Origin: a virus
Taxonomy: Duplodnaviria > Caudoviricetes
Length of the DNA: 64,000 nucleotides
Virus record (IMG/VR): IMGVR_UViG_3300012952_003952
Span: 128,001 to 192,000 of that record
Reading direction: 5' to 3' (one strand)
The notes below the pieces were generated by a model that ran no database searches, had not been told where the DNA came from, and was given only the letters and a program-made list of their open reading frames with translations. Position numbers and translations under genes: made by a program. The first letter of the stretch is position 1; each line of letters starts with the position of its first letter. Positions 30,201 through 40,277 of this stretch are shown piece after piece.

Positions 30201-31982
30201 GCCTTTGGTTTAATGTTAGCTCTTCAGCCATTTGGCGGAGCTGGAATAAAATTAATAAAAGCAGGCTTTGGAGTGCTTGGTGAATTTGCTGAATCAATGG
30301 TCAATGCTATGGCTCCAGCCCTGATATTAATTGCAAATATGCCACTTGGAGATCCAAAACAACTCTTTTTGAAAATCATGGCTATTGTAGCGTTGCTTCA
30401 GACTGTCCATTCTTTTAGTGGGGTAGCGATAGCCTTGGCTGGGCTAGAGTTAATAAATCAAGAAATGGGTGGAGACTCAGGCACTATAATGGAAGGTGCA
30501 GCTAAGTTCATGGACTCTATGATGGGCGGCTTGTCTGAAATGATTCAAGCAATGACTCTGCTCACCGCCCTTATAAGATTAGAAGACATTCCTAAACTAG
30601 AAGCTATTGGAGCAATAATAGGAGCTATTGCAAGCGTAATACAAGCGATTCAGCCTCCTCCTGGTTTATTAGAGGCGATGAAACCCTCGACAACCATAAG
30701 TTGGAGAGGCGTAAGCACCCAGGCTGCACCAGTTGGAGCTATATTAAAATCATACTCTGAAGCAGTTACTGGAATGATGAAGTCGATGACCACTCTACTT
30801 CCTCCATTTTTCCAAGCCATCATGACCGTAGATTTAGGAGACGATCCAGAAAAAGCTAAAATAAAGATGGAGGCTATATCAGGCGTGATCAAAGCTATTG
30901 GACAGTTTGCTAAAGATATAGGCGAAATATCTGCTATGATCATGTGCATGAACTATGAACAGCAAAGTTGGGCATTCGGTGGGCCAAAAATGGCTGATAC
31001 TATTAGGGAGTTTAATAAATCTTTAAGGGTGATCATGAAAGCTGTTAGAGATTACATGCCAGCGCTATTAGAAAGTGTAATCGAAGCAGCTAAAAATATT
31101 GATGGCTCAGAAAAATCTATAAAGAAAATGGAAGTAGTCTCTATGGCTATTTCAGCAATTGGACAATTTGCTTCTGGCATTGGAGCTATGTCTGATCTAG
31201 TTCCCCAAGACGATAGCTGGAATCCGTTTGCAGATAAACCAGATCGTCTGGGCGAAATGACAAAAATGATAACTGGAATTGTAACTAGCGTCAAAGATAC
31301 GCTTCCTGGTCTCGTCACCGCACTACTTTCAGTAAACGTGCAGTCTGGCGCTGGAGAGAAATTAGACATAATAAGTCGAGTAATAGATGAGATGTCTCAT
31401 TTCACTAGTACGCTCGGAGGCATGGCTGGAGAGATGGAAGATCCAGCCGGCTTTGCAGAGTGGAAGACAAAATTGGCTTCAGTAATGGGTACCATTATAC
31501 AGTTGATCGACCCAACGATATTTAACTCAGAATTACCTGAAGGTCAAGCTAGTCTAAAACAAGTAGTGGAAGCCCTGGGAACCATGACAGGCCTCGAAGC
31601 TGCTGCAACAAACATGGAAAATATGGCTACTTTCATGACGCATCTTGCGACTTTTGGACAAAAGATGGAAGTAGTTGGCCAGATGATGATGGATTTTACA
31701 GCTGACTCCGTTGCCGAAAGTGTTGGAGCGGCTATTACTGCATATAATCAGACTGGAATAGAGTTGGCTAGAATTCGCCATTTTGATATAAACGCTGTCA
31801 TGGAAGACGTTGGCACCGCTCTCTCAGTTAGAAGGCAACAGGTTACAGTAGAAGATAACGGTATTAGTATTGTAATGAACCTTAATGTTACTATGGAAGC
31901 TGATGATGTGGCTAACGTATTAGTAGATAAAAACCTTGTAGTGGCTGGAACAGCGCTAGAAGGTCAAGGTGACGTAAACTAA
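27204..31982 (+). CDS. tape measure protein
   Basis: 1592 aa, Ala/Gly/Met-rich and helical, hydrophobic middle, internal repeat; follows tube and chaperone genes. Confidence 0.85.
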   Translation: MATEKELQAQLNIQTQINKMLQKRAGLLKGVTSEISAQVSMAQELCKALDCEDLDGMKERMEGFGEALKQAREGAEGASSATDQLGDAAKKSAKSAKSLGSELADLSPKAVAAASAIDAIGGVKNTLSSVWDTVTGLGSSLMNIGGSILGAVSSGIGFLANASMQAGNANVGFANAMNKLNGTFGEASAQANNVNAAFNNLKSGGDAMSQAGVSLRDIYGAGPDGLAAAMEDITALAEEMGTEFNKLGDDFAKNTGLYMNAYKGLGLTGEAISEINRRARSEGRDASDYLAEQARSVTMLSRKYGLSAKQIGKNLDEMAKDYETFGGLSQTEMAATAAFAAKLGVEMKALQGITAKTDDFEGAAQAASELAASFGMTVDAMEMMSADPAEKAEMVRQAFLETGKSFEDMSRQEKARMAEITGMGGKDLAGLFDPANADIGLDEMQAAAEDAADGAITQEEANMHLAKSITKLTEAFGGMTQVGGPFDAFLQGITQGIMKSPQMQKILENFREVLMIIFDAGKQIGKLFMELFPGMDQFATGLGELLNPEQWRAAMGEVVDAFRDFFNLLESDPEQAMENLIDKIKEIFGNFFGGNEGASMMQEGFAKMWSAIKAITGFLAKKLAEVMYDVIVELVKTPEFKKGMAILGAAITAKTALGLILGAAKAVIAAKLKDMLMKKFAPGLADGAKQAGEAAGDAAGEGMSEGVEQQKSIIETLRDIKQSDITKAFKIGLYLVGFVMIAMVGLATAFMVVSKIISVLSPQELAQGIVGLGAALAATYVMIRLAKMMKEADILKAGIGMLAAGLMFKISGKMYAEGLRDIHSILEGIDLMRMVEVMGMLGMALLATWGMILLGSLLVADGGMMMAMTTLGMLAAGLMFMVTAPIFGLGLVTLHDIMDGIDLMRMIEVMGMLGMALLATWGMIAVGAMLGTALVPIALAVLGSIAAGGLFGVMAEHMGNSLVLFYQTMSGVDGQRLSILMGNLIVALGAVLLFLPVAAAFGLMLALQPFGGAGIKLIKAGFGVLGEFAESMVNAMAPALILIANMPLGDPKQLFLKIMAIVALLQTVHSFSGVAIALAGLELINQEMGGDSGTIMEGAAKFMDSMMGGLSEMIQAMTLLTALIRLEDIPKLEAIGAIIGAIASVIQAIQPPPGLLEAMKPSTTISWRGVSTQAAPVGAILKSYSEAVTGMMKSMTTLLPPFFQAIMTVDLGDDPEKAKIKMEAISGVIKAIGQFAKDIGEISAMIMCMNYEQQSWAFGGPKMADTIREFNKSLRVIMKAVRDYMPALLESVIEAAKNIDGSEKSIKKMEVVSMAISAIGQFASGIGAMSDLVPQDDSWNPFADKPDRLGEMTKMITGIVTSVKDTLPGLVTALLSVNVQSGAGEKLDIISRVIDEMSHFTSTLGGMAGEMEDPAGFAEWKTKLASVMGTIIQLIDPTIFNSELPEGQASLKQVVEALGTMTGLEAAATNMENMATFMTHLATFGQKMEVVGQMMMDFTADSVAESVGAAITAYNQTGIELARIRHFDINAVMEDVGTALSVRRQQVTVEDNGISIVMNLNVTMEADDVANVLVDKNLVVAGTALEGQGDVN

Positions 31983-31994
31983 GGAGAGATAAAA

Positions 31995-32273
31995 ATGTCC
32001 GATAAAAAAGTAGAATTTTCAGAAGAAGCTTATACAGAAATACCCGAAGTGCCCCTTTATGATGTCCACGGCACCCTAGAAGATAATCCAGCTTATGCAC
32101 ACATGTTGGAACAGGTGCCTGAAGACAAAAGGGCCGAGGTGATAGCTGACGTAAAAAAGCAAACAGATGTCTGGCAAAAAGTGTTCGATCACCTTCATGA
32201 AACCCTGCAAGATCCAGCAGCTAGAGAAAAATTTAGAGATTTGCTAAAAGAGAAAGTGAAAAATAGTATTTGA
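31995..32273 (+). CDS. hypothetical protein
   Basis: AAGGAG RBS; 92 aa. Confidence 0.6.
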   Translation: MSDKKVEFSEEAYTEIPEVPLYDVHGTLEDNPAYAHMLEQVPEDKRAEVIADVKKQTDVWQKVFDHLHETLQDPAAREKFRDLLKEKVKNSI

Positions 32274-32298
32274 TACTATTTAATCTAAGAGGATCTAC

Positions 32299-35200
32299 AT
32301 GAGCATTAAAAAAACAGAATTAGAAGATTTGATAGAGGCCGGGACAACCGAAGCTTCTTATTCTCCTGAGGGAACTAATGCTGATGGAACTGTAAATGTC
32401 AATCTCCCAGACGATATTAGGGCGATAGGATACGAAGATCCCCCTAAAAAGACACTAGGAGACTGGCTCGCAGATCAAACTGAGAAAAACGAATATGGAC
32501 CTAGCGGTGGGCTTACCGTTGCTTCGAAAATGCAAGGCGCTACAGAGCCACCGCCAATAAACACCGCCGGCGATGATTCTGGAGCAAGAGTTTTTTTTAA
32601 TGACGTTTTAGAAGATGCTGCGTCTTATTTTGAAGGCATAAGCAAGGGAGGAACTCCAGACACCCGGACTGGAGGAACTTTTGATTCAGCTGATCTCTTA
32701 GACCTTTTAGACAAAAATGACGGATCAAGTGGAAATACTCTTCTCGGAGATATTCCAGGAGACGCTTTAAATACTGCTGGAACGCAAGACTACGGAGACA
32801 GCAGTAATAACCCTGTCAAAGAAAAAATATCGAGCGTATTAAAATATAACAGGTTTAGTCCCGGTGGCTCTTCTCCATACATTCAAGACCAACAGTACTC
32901 GAAGGGCCCGTGGTCAGAACAAAAGACTTTTGGAGAATATAAAGACGATGGTAAAACTCCAACTCTCCAAGAATTAGCAAAAGTCGGCTTATCACTAATG
33001 CTCAGAGCAACAGGAGATAATACTGACCCCGATAGTGCGAACTCTACAAAAGCGATTGGCCAAGGAATCGATGTACAGCTAGCTTTAGCGAAGACTAAAC
33101 AAACTGAGCTCAATGTCAGCGCAGTATCTTCAGATGTTATGGGATTAAGCAACACCGGTTTAAATAATACTACGATGTATACTGCTGGAATTCGGAGAAA
33201 AGGGTCTAAAACAGAACCTCTTGAAGCCGAACACGCAAAGTCTTGGGGACAACTTAACAGTTACTTAGAGCCTTGGGGCGGACCGCTACCTATCGCCATG
33301 ATAGTGCTGGCCGTTTTAGCCGCCCTAGCAACTCTTGTAGCTGGAGTAGTTATTGGTCTCCTTTTAGACTTAATATTCTTACTGTTTCCTGCTGGCGAAG
33401 AAGAAATGCCTGGCGAAGTTTTTCCAATGGGCGCTGCTCCTGGAAAGAAAGACTTTGGAACTAACAACATTGGCGCCAAAATTTTAGCTTATTTGGGAAT
33501 ACCGAAACTGCGCTCAGGAAAAGCGTTCTTCTTGTGTATGGCTGTGGGTGTACTAAGATTCTACAGCAGGCTTTTAGGCACTAGCGCCAGTTATTATGTC
33601 GTGGTATCTCGTGCAGCTATTAGAGATATTAGTCAAATTTCCGATTCTATGAAAGATGCTGATTTCAGCAACCCTGTTAGTTTTATAGAGAGCTTGTTTT
33701 TGATTATAGATGCATTTGCCACTTCTACTACTTTCCAGTTTTTAAATACAATGGCTAAATTGGGAGATATCGTCATGCTGTCTGGTGGTCTTTTTGGCGG
33801 AGGAGATCTAATTTTATCTCCCTATCCGGAAGGAAAAAATTCTGATTTGACAGCTCCCGATATATACAATTTGCACACAAAATCTAGAACTCTCGTTGCT
33901 GGACAAGAAAATGATGATACTAGAATGTCTTGGAGGTTTGGAGCTTTGCCTTCTGCGTATTTGATGCCAAACGGATTTGATAGTTTAGTAAAGAGAAAGA
34001 AGTGGGCAGGACTTCAAATGTCTAGAGGGTTTACTCGAGGCGAAGCACTTGACGGAGCAAACCACCCAGGTGGATACGAGAAAGTAAAAGCACATGTTGC
34101 CGGCGCACGGATGGACACAGCAGATAGAATGGAGCTTGAAGACATTTTAGATGCTTCTTACATGCCGTTTTATTTCCACGACCTTAGAACAAACGAAATT
34201 ATATCCTTCCACGCATTTTTAGCTTCCGTCACCGATGGCTTTAGTCCGAAATGGAAAGAAGAAGAAGGGTTTGGGAGAATGGACCCTGTTCAAATATACC
34301 AAAAAACTACAAGAAAAATTGGTCTGAGCTTTTATGTAGCTGCAACTTCAAAAGAAGACTTTGACGAAATGTGGTTTGCTGTTAACCGCTTAATTTCCAT
34401 GACATACCCTCAGTGGAGCCGCGGTGTACAGAGAAAAGATGCGGCTGGAAACACGTTTATTCAACCATTTTCTCAAATGCCAACTGCATCTCCAGTTATA
34501 AGAATGCGCTTGGGAGAGCTTTTTAAATCCAACTATTCAAAAATGAGCTTAGAAAGGTTGTTTGGTCTCGCAACTGATATGTTTATGTTGACCGTCGATA
34601 CCGGCGAAGCCAACGCAGAAATTAGAGAAAAAATGCTCCTGGCTCGAGACACCGCGATCGCTGACTTAGCTAACGCAGAACTCGGACCCCCGCCAGCTTC
34701 AGAAATGATAGCTGTTCTTGGAGCCATTGCAGCAGGCTTAACCCCATCTCCAAGCCAAGGATACCTCCCCGGCATGCCTGTAGCTATTAACCCAGCAATT
34801 GGAGCTAAATATCCGTACTGTAAAGCCACTGGAGTCCCCGGCCAATATAGTAAAGCTTTAAGAAGATTTACCGCTACTTCAGCAGGCCCAATTGAGGGAG
34901 GAATCATAGGGTATAACATGAAGCCACTTATCGATCTTGGAGATGATGATGAGAAAAAAGCTAAGAAAGCTAAAAGAATGCAAAAGAGGCAGTCTATCAG
35001 ATACGTCTTTAAGCCGGCTTCTCCAGATTTTCCTCTTCCTGATGGAATGGAAGGAATTATTGTAGACCACTCAGCAATTAAAAGTGCACAAGGTTCATGG
35101 ATAAGAGCTTACATATGGAAATGCATAACAGATGCATTCGCTGCTGGCCCTACTTTACCGTTGCCTACCCCTATTCCCTCAGTCGGAAATGCGCAAATTC

Positions 35201-35634
35201 CAGATGGCGCAGAATGGTTTTACGCTCAAGAAGTTAGCGATTGGTTTTCAGCAGAAAATAATGCAATTGTTAGATCTTTTGAATCTGCTGGAGGTCAAGG
35301 CCTTGCAGGAGTAATCAATGCTTTAGATTTTGATTATGGAATCGAAAAAACAACTTGGGAGACTATGCCTGGTTCTAGAGCTCCGCAAGCTATAAAAGTA
35401 ACTTTAGGATTTGCTCCAATTCACGATATACCGCTCGGCCTAGATGCAGATGGCACAATGAGAGCTGTGGCTATTCCAGCTGGAGACCTGGTAAGACAAC
35501 TCTTCGGGGATCCATCACGAGAATATGGTGATGAAGAGTATTTTTTCCGCCAAGCTCAAGCCGCCAGAGGTTTTGGTCAGCCGCTTGACGAGGGAGAAGA
35601 GCAAGACTCACCACCGCCACCACCGGGTAGTTGA
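32299..35634 (+). CDS. large baseplate protein with tube-like (tube-initiator-type) domain
   Basis: PFYFHDLRTNEIISFHAFL...W....FGRMDPVQIYQKTTRKIGLSF pattern; sits between tape measure and a LysM-like gene. Confidence 0.55.
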   Translation: MSIKKTELEDLIEAGTTEASYSPEGTNADGTVNVNLPDDIRAIGYEDPPKKTLGDWLADQTEKNEYGPSGGLTVASKMQGATEPPPINTAGDDSGARVFFNDVLEDAASYFEGISKGGTPDTRTGGTFDSADLLDLLDKNDGSSGNTLLGDIPGDALNTAGTQDYGDSSNNPVKEKISSVLKYNRFSPGGSSPYIQDQQYSKGPWSEQKTFGEYKDDGKTPTLQELAKVGLSLMLRATGDNTDPDSANSTKAIGQGIDVQLALAKTKQTELNVSAVSSDVMGLSNTGLNNTTMYTAGIRRKGSKTEPLEAEHAKSWGQLNSYLEPWGGPLPIAMIVLAVLAALATLVAGVVIGLLLDLIFLLFPAGEEEMPGEVFPMGAAPGKKDFGTNNIGAKILAYLGIPKLRSGKAFFLCMAVGVLRFYSRLLGTSASYYVVVSRAAIRDISQISDSMKDADFSNPVSFIESLFLIIDAFATSTTFQFLNTMAKLGDIVMLSGGLFGGGDLILSPYPEGKNSDLTAPDIYNLHTKSRTLVAGQENDDTRMSWRFGALPSAYLMPNGFDSLVKRKKWAGLQMSRGFTRGEALDGANHPGGYEKVKAHVAGARMDTADRMELEDILDASYMPFYFHDLRTNEIISFHAFLASVTDGFSPKWKEEEGFGRMDPVQIYQKTTRKIGLSFYVAATSKEDFDEMWFAVNRLISMTYPQWSRGVQRKDAAGNTFIQPFSQMPTASPVIRMRLGELFKSNYSKMSLERLFGLATDMFMLTVDTGEANAEIREKMLLARDTAIADLANAELGPPPASEMIAVLGAIAAGLTPSPSQGYLPGMPVAINPAIGAKYPYCKATGVPGQYSKALRRFTATSAGPIEGGIIGYNMKPLIDLGDDDEKKAKKAKRMQKRQSIRYVFKPASPDFPLPDGMEGIIVDHSAIKSAQGSWIRAYIWKCITDAFAAGPTLPLPTPIPSVGNAQIPDGAEWFYAQEVSDWFSAENNAIVRSFESAGGQGLAGVINALDFDYGIEKTTWETMPGSRAPQAIKVTLGFAPIHDIPLGLDADGTMRAVAIPAGDLVRQLFGDPSREYGDEEYFFRQAQAARGFGQPLDEGEEQDSPPPPPGS

Positions 35635-35648
35635 TATGGAGAAATTTT

Positions 35649-35936
35649 ATGAAACGCTATAGTAGATCTAACACCGTCAAGGGAGGAAGGCAGTATGGAA
35701 CTTCTAGAGGTGCGACTGCCATATATTATGCTGCTAAATCAGGTGGTATTACTTGCACTAGAAGAGTTACTAAAGAGGGAGACAGGCTAGATATTATAGC
35801 AGGACAACTGTGGGGTGACGCCACACTATGGTGGGTAATTGCTGCGTGTTCAGGAATTGGATGGGGCCCGCAAATACCACCTGCAGTAGTTTTAAAAATT
35901 CCAATAAATATAGATGATATCCAGCTCTACGTGTAG
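35649..35936 (+). CDS. LysM-like baseplate protein (gp53/tail X-like)
   Basis: EGDRLDIIAGQLWGDATLWWVIA...LKIP; GGAG RBS at 35638. Confidence 0.75.
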   Translation: MKRYSRSNTVKGGRQYGTSRGATAIYYAAKSGGITCTRRVTKEGDRLDIIAGQLWGDATLWWVIAACSGIGWGPQIPPAVVLKIPINIDDIQLYV

Positions 35937-35942
35937 GAATTT

Positions 35943-38900
35943 ATGAAGCAACAAGAACTCATAGAAGAAGCATGCGCTGAAATTGGAAAATTCTTTGGGT
36001 CTATTACTAAAGATAGATTTATAGCAATGATCCTTGAGCTTAGCCCTCAATACGATGAAGAGTCTGGAAGAGTTGTGTTTCACGACTTAAATTCAGAAGT
36101 CGCTAAATCTGTCATTAATATGACAGACGGAGGGCTGTATGCTTATGAAATATGCGGCATGCCTGCTTTGAATGATGCGGATGCCACAAGCAAAAAACTC
36201 GTTCAAGATGCTTTTCAAGTAGTTTGTAAAGATGATATTACAGAAGATTATGCTGAAATTAGGCACACCGGTGTTCCCATGGCAACTATGTTGGGAGATC
36301 TTGGCACAGGCGTAAATCAAAATCTACCTCCAACAAGAGATAAACCAGCATTATCAATAATGCAAGTGCGTCCAGTGCAATTAAATTTTGGAAATAGAGA
36401 TACTGGAGCTTTAGAAATATTCTTAAACGCGATTCCTGCCTTAGAGTGGAGTCGCTCAGTACCATATTTGTCTGCAGAAGTTATAACGCCAGGAGACGCA
36501 GTTCAATCGGGAAGAATTCAAAAAGCTGGCTTGATGAGATTCCTTTTAGGAACTGCAGAAGTAGTAGAGGGTAGTACTGATCACTCCCTAGCATCTGCAG
36601 TTTCTGCTGAAATAGCTGGTATGAATTTTGAAGCCGCAATCGATGCACAGCTTCAAAATGAGGCTGCTGCTGCAGGCGCAGCCGAAGGCGCACCCCCAAC
36701 AGAAGATGTAGAGCCTAAAACATATTCTTCTGCTGGAATGGAAATCTTTACTGCTCCGCAGACTTTAGTGAATGCTGATGAAAACTATGTCAGCTATGAA
36801 TCGATGGCGTACTCAGCGGATGCTATGAGAGCCGAAATCGAAGCCATTGGATCTGCTGCAGGAATAGACACCACAGAGATTTTGGAGCAATTGATATTGC
36901 CCGGAGAACCTGGATCTAATCGACCTGCTCCAATTATTGATAAAATGCGGCCATTTATGAGCTTAAACAGCGTTGAGATAAGCGTTAAGCCAACTCGCGG
37001 AATGATGGCGCACAAATCTGCAAAGATGAAAATAACGCTTCACGATAGATCTAGATTGGGAGAAATAGCAGAATTTGTTAAGCCATCCAGTTTCGGCCAA
37101 ACAGAAATAATGCTGGAGTATGGATGGTCCCACCCTGATGGTACCGTGGGAGGCAACAACAGTTTCGGCAAGCTTATTAATGCGATGAGAGTAAAAGAAA
37201 AATTTGGTGTCTATAATACTCAGTATAGTTTTGATGAAGCTGGCCAAGTCAAGATAACACTAGATTTAGTCACAAAAGGCGCCGCTCATCTTAATATCAG
37301 TGACATAGGAATGTCTGGAGCAGTAGCAGCAAAATGGTACGCGATAGAGAAATTAATAGAAAAAATTAGAGATGTCAGAAGAGATGTTCTTTCTGATGAA
37401 GGGATGAGAGACGTTATAGGAATGAGCGTAATTTCATCTTTAAGCCCAACAAATCTTTCAGACGCTTTTGATGGAGAAAAACTTCAAGAGCTAAACAGTT
37501 TTATTTCGAATAGTCTTCATTCCGAAAATGAAGACCTTGCTTCTTTAGCTGGTTACATGGACACTCTTAAAGATGACGTAAATAGCTTCAATACAACCAT
37601 TGGCGCAGTTATTAAGTCTAAGACTGATCGCTGTTTGGGTGAAGGAGACCCATTTTTAACTAGCCGGTCTGACACCGACATGCTCGGCTTTTGGGCTAAA
37701 GCTGGCCAAAGTGGAATTCAAGTTTCTGATAGCCCTAGCAGGAGGCGACCCAGGGGAACAAAATGGTGCTCTTTTGCTAAGCTCATGTCTATCTTTGTAG
37801 GCCTTCCAATTGCTGAATCTGGAAGGTTTGAAGAAGTTCAAATGATATTTTACGCTTTTAACGACTCTTGCAGCTATCTTCATAATTTAAATATCGGATC
37901 TCTGCCAATAGAAATGACCGGCGATAATGGATTTGAAAAACTTTTTAAAGCGTATCAAGAAGAGAAAATTCAAGTATCTCCAGCCCGTTTTTTGTCTTTT
38001 GTGAACAGAGAGTTTATAAGCAATCAAGCTGCTGCGCCATACGGTTTTTCTAAGCTTTATTCTAGAGACGACGAAGGCAATGTAGAAATGAGAGACTCTG
38101 CAAAAAATAATCCTGGTAGCACTAAATCTTTCAAAGATTCTGTTCTAGAAGATGCTTATGGGCCAGGCACCGATATGAAATTTAAACTTCCTCGAGTTCA
38201 AATGTACATGGAGGCTGTGCCTCACCAAAAAGCTTCTCCAGAATCTTCAGCTGCTGGTCAGCCATGGGCTCCTGGGATGGCGAACACTGTTTTGCGATTG
38301 CATTTTTTCGACAGCGTAGCCACAAAATATGCTGGCGTTTCTGATTTAATTAGAATTTCTAGAAATAGCTCTATGGGAGCTATGAGTTCTGTACTTCGAG
38401 ATATAACAGCGGTAGAAGATGGAGACATGTCTCAACACGCCGCAGCTTTTAATGACGTAATTACTCAAGCAGTAGAAATGAAGCTTATAGAAGAAACTAC
38501 GGCATCTGATGGAAATAAATACTTTAGGATGATAGGCGGAGTACCAAGACTAAAACAATTTGTCAAAAAAGCTATGCCCTCTCTCATGTATGGAGCTCAA
38601 AATTCTTCGGCTCTTTCTGTTAGTGCCGACTCTATGCATAACTCTAAAGATACCACTGTTCATATGTTGCGCTCATCAAGAAACTCAAGCTCAGATGCTA
38701 ATGCTCCAGGCGAACAAGATCGAGGCCTTCCTCTCCGTATGATGCCAATGAAACTAAAAGTCAAATGTTTCGGGTGTCCGCTTATCTCACATGGCCAGCA
38801 GATTTTTGTAGATTTAGGAACTGGAACAACGGTGGATAACATCTACGCAGTGAATGGATTGCAACATAGTTTTTCGCCTGGAGAGTTTAAGACTTCTTTT

Positions 38901-39008
38901 GAGATGGTTCCGTTTGGAGATGCTTATGGCTCTTACGAATCTTTAGATAACTTAATATCTCAAGCTTCAGGTATAATATCAGCAGCTCAAGCTGGCGGTA
39001 ATTCTTAA
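35943..39008 (+). CDS. putative baseplate hub protein
   Basis: 1021 aa after the LysM gene; C-terminal GCPLISHGQQIFVDLGTGT...YAVNGLQHSFSPGEFKTSF resembles hub (gp27/late-control-D-like) C-termini. Confidence 0.5.
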   Translation: MKQQELIEEACAEIGKFFGSITKDRFIAMILELSPQYDEESGRVVFHDLNSEVAKSVINMTDGGLYAYEICGMPALNDADATSKKLVQDAFQVVCKDDITEDYAEIRHTGVPMATMLGDLGTGVNQNLPPTRDKPALSIMQVRPVQLNFGNRDTGALEIFLNAIPALEWSRSVPYLSAEVITPGDAVQSGRIQKAGLMRFLLGTAEVVEGSTDHSLASAVSAEIAGMNFEAAIDAQLQNEAAAAGAAEGAPPTEDVEPKTYSSAGMEIFTAPQTLVNADENYVSYESMAYSADAMRAEIEAIGSAAGIDTTEILEQLILPGEPGSNRPAPIIDKMRPFMSLNSVEISVKPTRGMMAHKSAKMKITLHDRSRLGEIAEFVKPSSFGQTEIMLEYGWSHPDGTVGGNNSFGKLINAMRVKEKFGVYNTQYSFDEAGQVKITLDLVTKGAAHLNISDIGMSGAVAAKWYAIEKLIEKIRDVRRDVLSDEGMRDVIGMSVISSLSPTNLSDAFDGEKLQELNSFISNSLHSENEDLASLAGYMDTLKDDVNSFNTTIGAVIKSKTDRCLGEGDPFLTSRSDTDMLGFWAKAGQSGIQVSDSPSRRRPRGTKWCSFAKLMSIFVGLPIAESGRFEEVQMIFYAFNDSCSYLHNLNIGSLPIEMTGDNGFEKLFKAYQEEKIQVSPARFLSFVNREFISNQAAAPYGFSKLYSRDDEGNVEMRDSAKNNPGSTKSFKDSVLEDAYGPGTDMKFKLPRVQMYMEAVPHQKASPESSAAGQPWAPGMANTVLRLHFFDSVATKYAGVSDLIRISRNSSMGAMSSVLRDITAVEDGDMSQHAAAFNDVITQAVEMKLIEETTASDGNKYFRMIGGVPRLKQFVKKAMPSLMYGAQNSSALSVSADSMHNSKDTTVHMLRSSRNSSSDANAPGEQDRGLPLRMMPMKLKVKCFGCPLISHGQQIFVDLGTGTTVDNIYAVNGLQHSFSPGEFKTSFEMVPFGDAYGSYESLDNLISQASGIISAAQAGGNS

Positions 39009-39049
39009 TACGGCTAACCAATTAGTGGTTTTTAGTTAGATTATTACTA

Positions 39050-40249
39050 ATGAACCTCTTAATAGATGCAAGAAATTTTGGAAAATCAAGCCACCTTGCT
39101 TTTGATGGCCAAAATTATTTTTGGACTGAAACTATAGACGAGAGTTCTGTAGTTTTATGTGGAGACCCTGAAAAAGAGTACTCTATAGAACATATTTGTA
39201 AGCTTTTAGACATGGAGTGTCCTTCGATACTGGACGAAAACCAAAAGCAATCTCTTTTAGAACTTGGAGTCAAAACTCGTAACCATCCTGCCATAATGAT
39301 TCAAAGGCCAGAAGACTTTAAAGCTAATTTAAAAAGAATCACAGAATGGGCTTCTGAAGTATACGAAGTTTTAGATGAGTATTCCTATTTAAACACTTTT
39401 AAGAAAGAGCTGAAGTTATTACGTGGCATGAGAGAGGCTATCTTTGATTCCGTCTCTTTTAATCGCTGGCTTTTAGGTAAAAAAATAGACAAAAAGGTTA
39501 AAAATTCTTTTTCTACTAACAGATTTGGCTATCTTCAAAGAGTAGTATATAATAATCATTCTACGAGAACTGGAAGAATAGTAACGGAATCAGGACCCCA
39601 ACTGCTAACAACTCAAAAAGAAGTTAGAAGCTTTTTAAAATCTAGATACAGAGGCGGAAAAATAATTCAATTAGATTTTGTGTCTTTAGAGCCGAGAGTT
39701 GCGCTGTCCGCCGCAGGAAATAATTCGCAAAAAGATGTTTACGAAATGTTTAATGAAAATTACTTTTCTAATTCTTTAAAACGCTCTCAAATTAAAAAGC
39801 TAGTGCTGTGTGCTCTGTATGGAGCGGGAATCAGGACTTTGAAGAAAATATTGCCTGAAAACGTTAATCCAAAAGAAGCTGTGAAATATATCAGAGATTC
39901 GATGAATTTTAATGATGTAGTAAATTTAAAAAAAGAAGAGCTAGAAAAAAATTCTTTTATGAGTAATATTTTTGGTAGAAATATCGTTCCATCTTCCGAT
40001 AGAGACTCTATTATATTTAACAATTGGGTACAGTCTTCTGCGGTCGATGTTTCTTTAGTAGGATTTCAAAATTTAGTAGAAAAATTGAGGTCTGAAAAGT
40101 TAGATTTTGAACCGCTTTTTTTAATTCATGATGCTCTAATAATAGATGCTAGTCCAGATATGGTGAAAAGAATAGAAAAAGATTCCAATATATCTATTTT
40201 TATTAAAGAATTAGGCCACTTTCCTCTTTCGGTGGAATACCTGAGTTAA
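39050..40249 (+). CDS. minimal family-A DNA polymerase domain
   Basis: TRTGRI, motif A QLDFVSLEPR, motif B RSQIKKLVLCALYG, NNWVQSSAVD, motif C LIHDALI. Confidence 0.75.
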   Translation: MNLLIDARNFGKSSHLAFDGQNYFWTETIDESSVVLCGDPEKEYSIEHICKLLDMECPSILDENQKQSLLELGVKTRNHPAIMIQRPEDFKANLKRITEWASEVYEVLDEYSYLNTFKKELKLLRGMREAIFDSVSFNRWLLGKKIDKKVKNSFSTNRFGYLQRVVYNNHSTRTGRIVTESGPQLLTTQKEVRSFLKSRYRGGKIIQLDFVSLEPRVALSAAGNNSQKDVYEMFNENYFSNSLKRSQIKKLVLCALYGAGIRTLKKILPENVNPKEAVKYIRDSMNFNDVVNLKKEELEKNSFMSNIFGRNIVPSSDRDSIIFNNWVQSSAVDVSLVGFQNLVEKLRSEKLDFEPLFLIHDALIIDASPDMVKRIEKDSNISIFIKELGHFPLSVEYLS

Positions 40250-40277
40250 GATTGATATTTATTCTAAAGGTGCATCG

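Noticed and set aside
18705-39008. Cellular extracellular contractile injection system (multiple sheaths, LysM, tube)
   Set aside because: Terminase, portal, protease, capsid and a full replication set are contiguous, so this is a phage.
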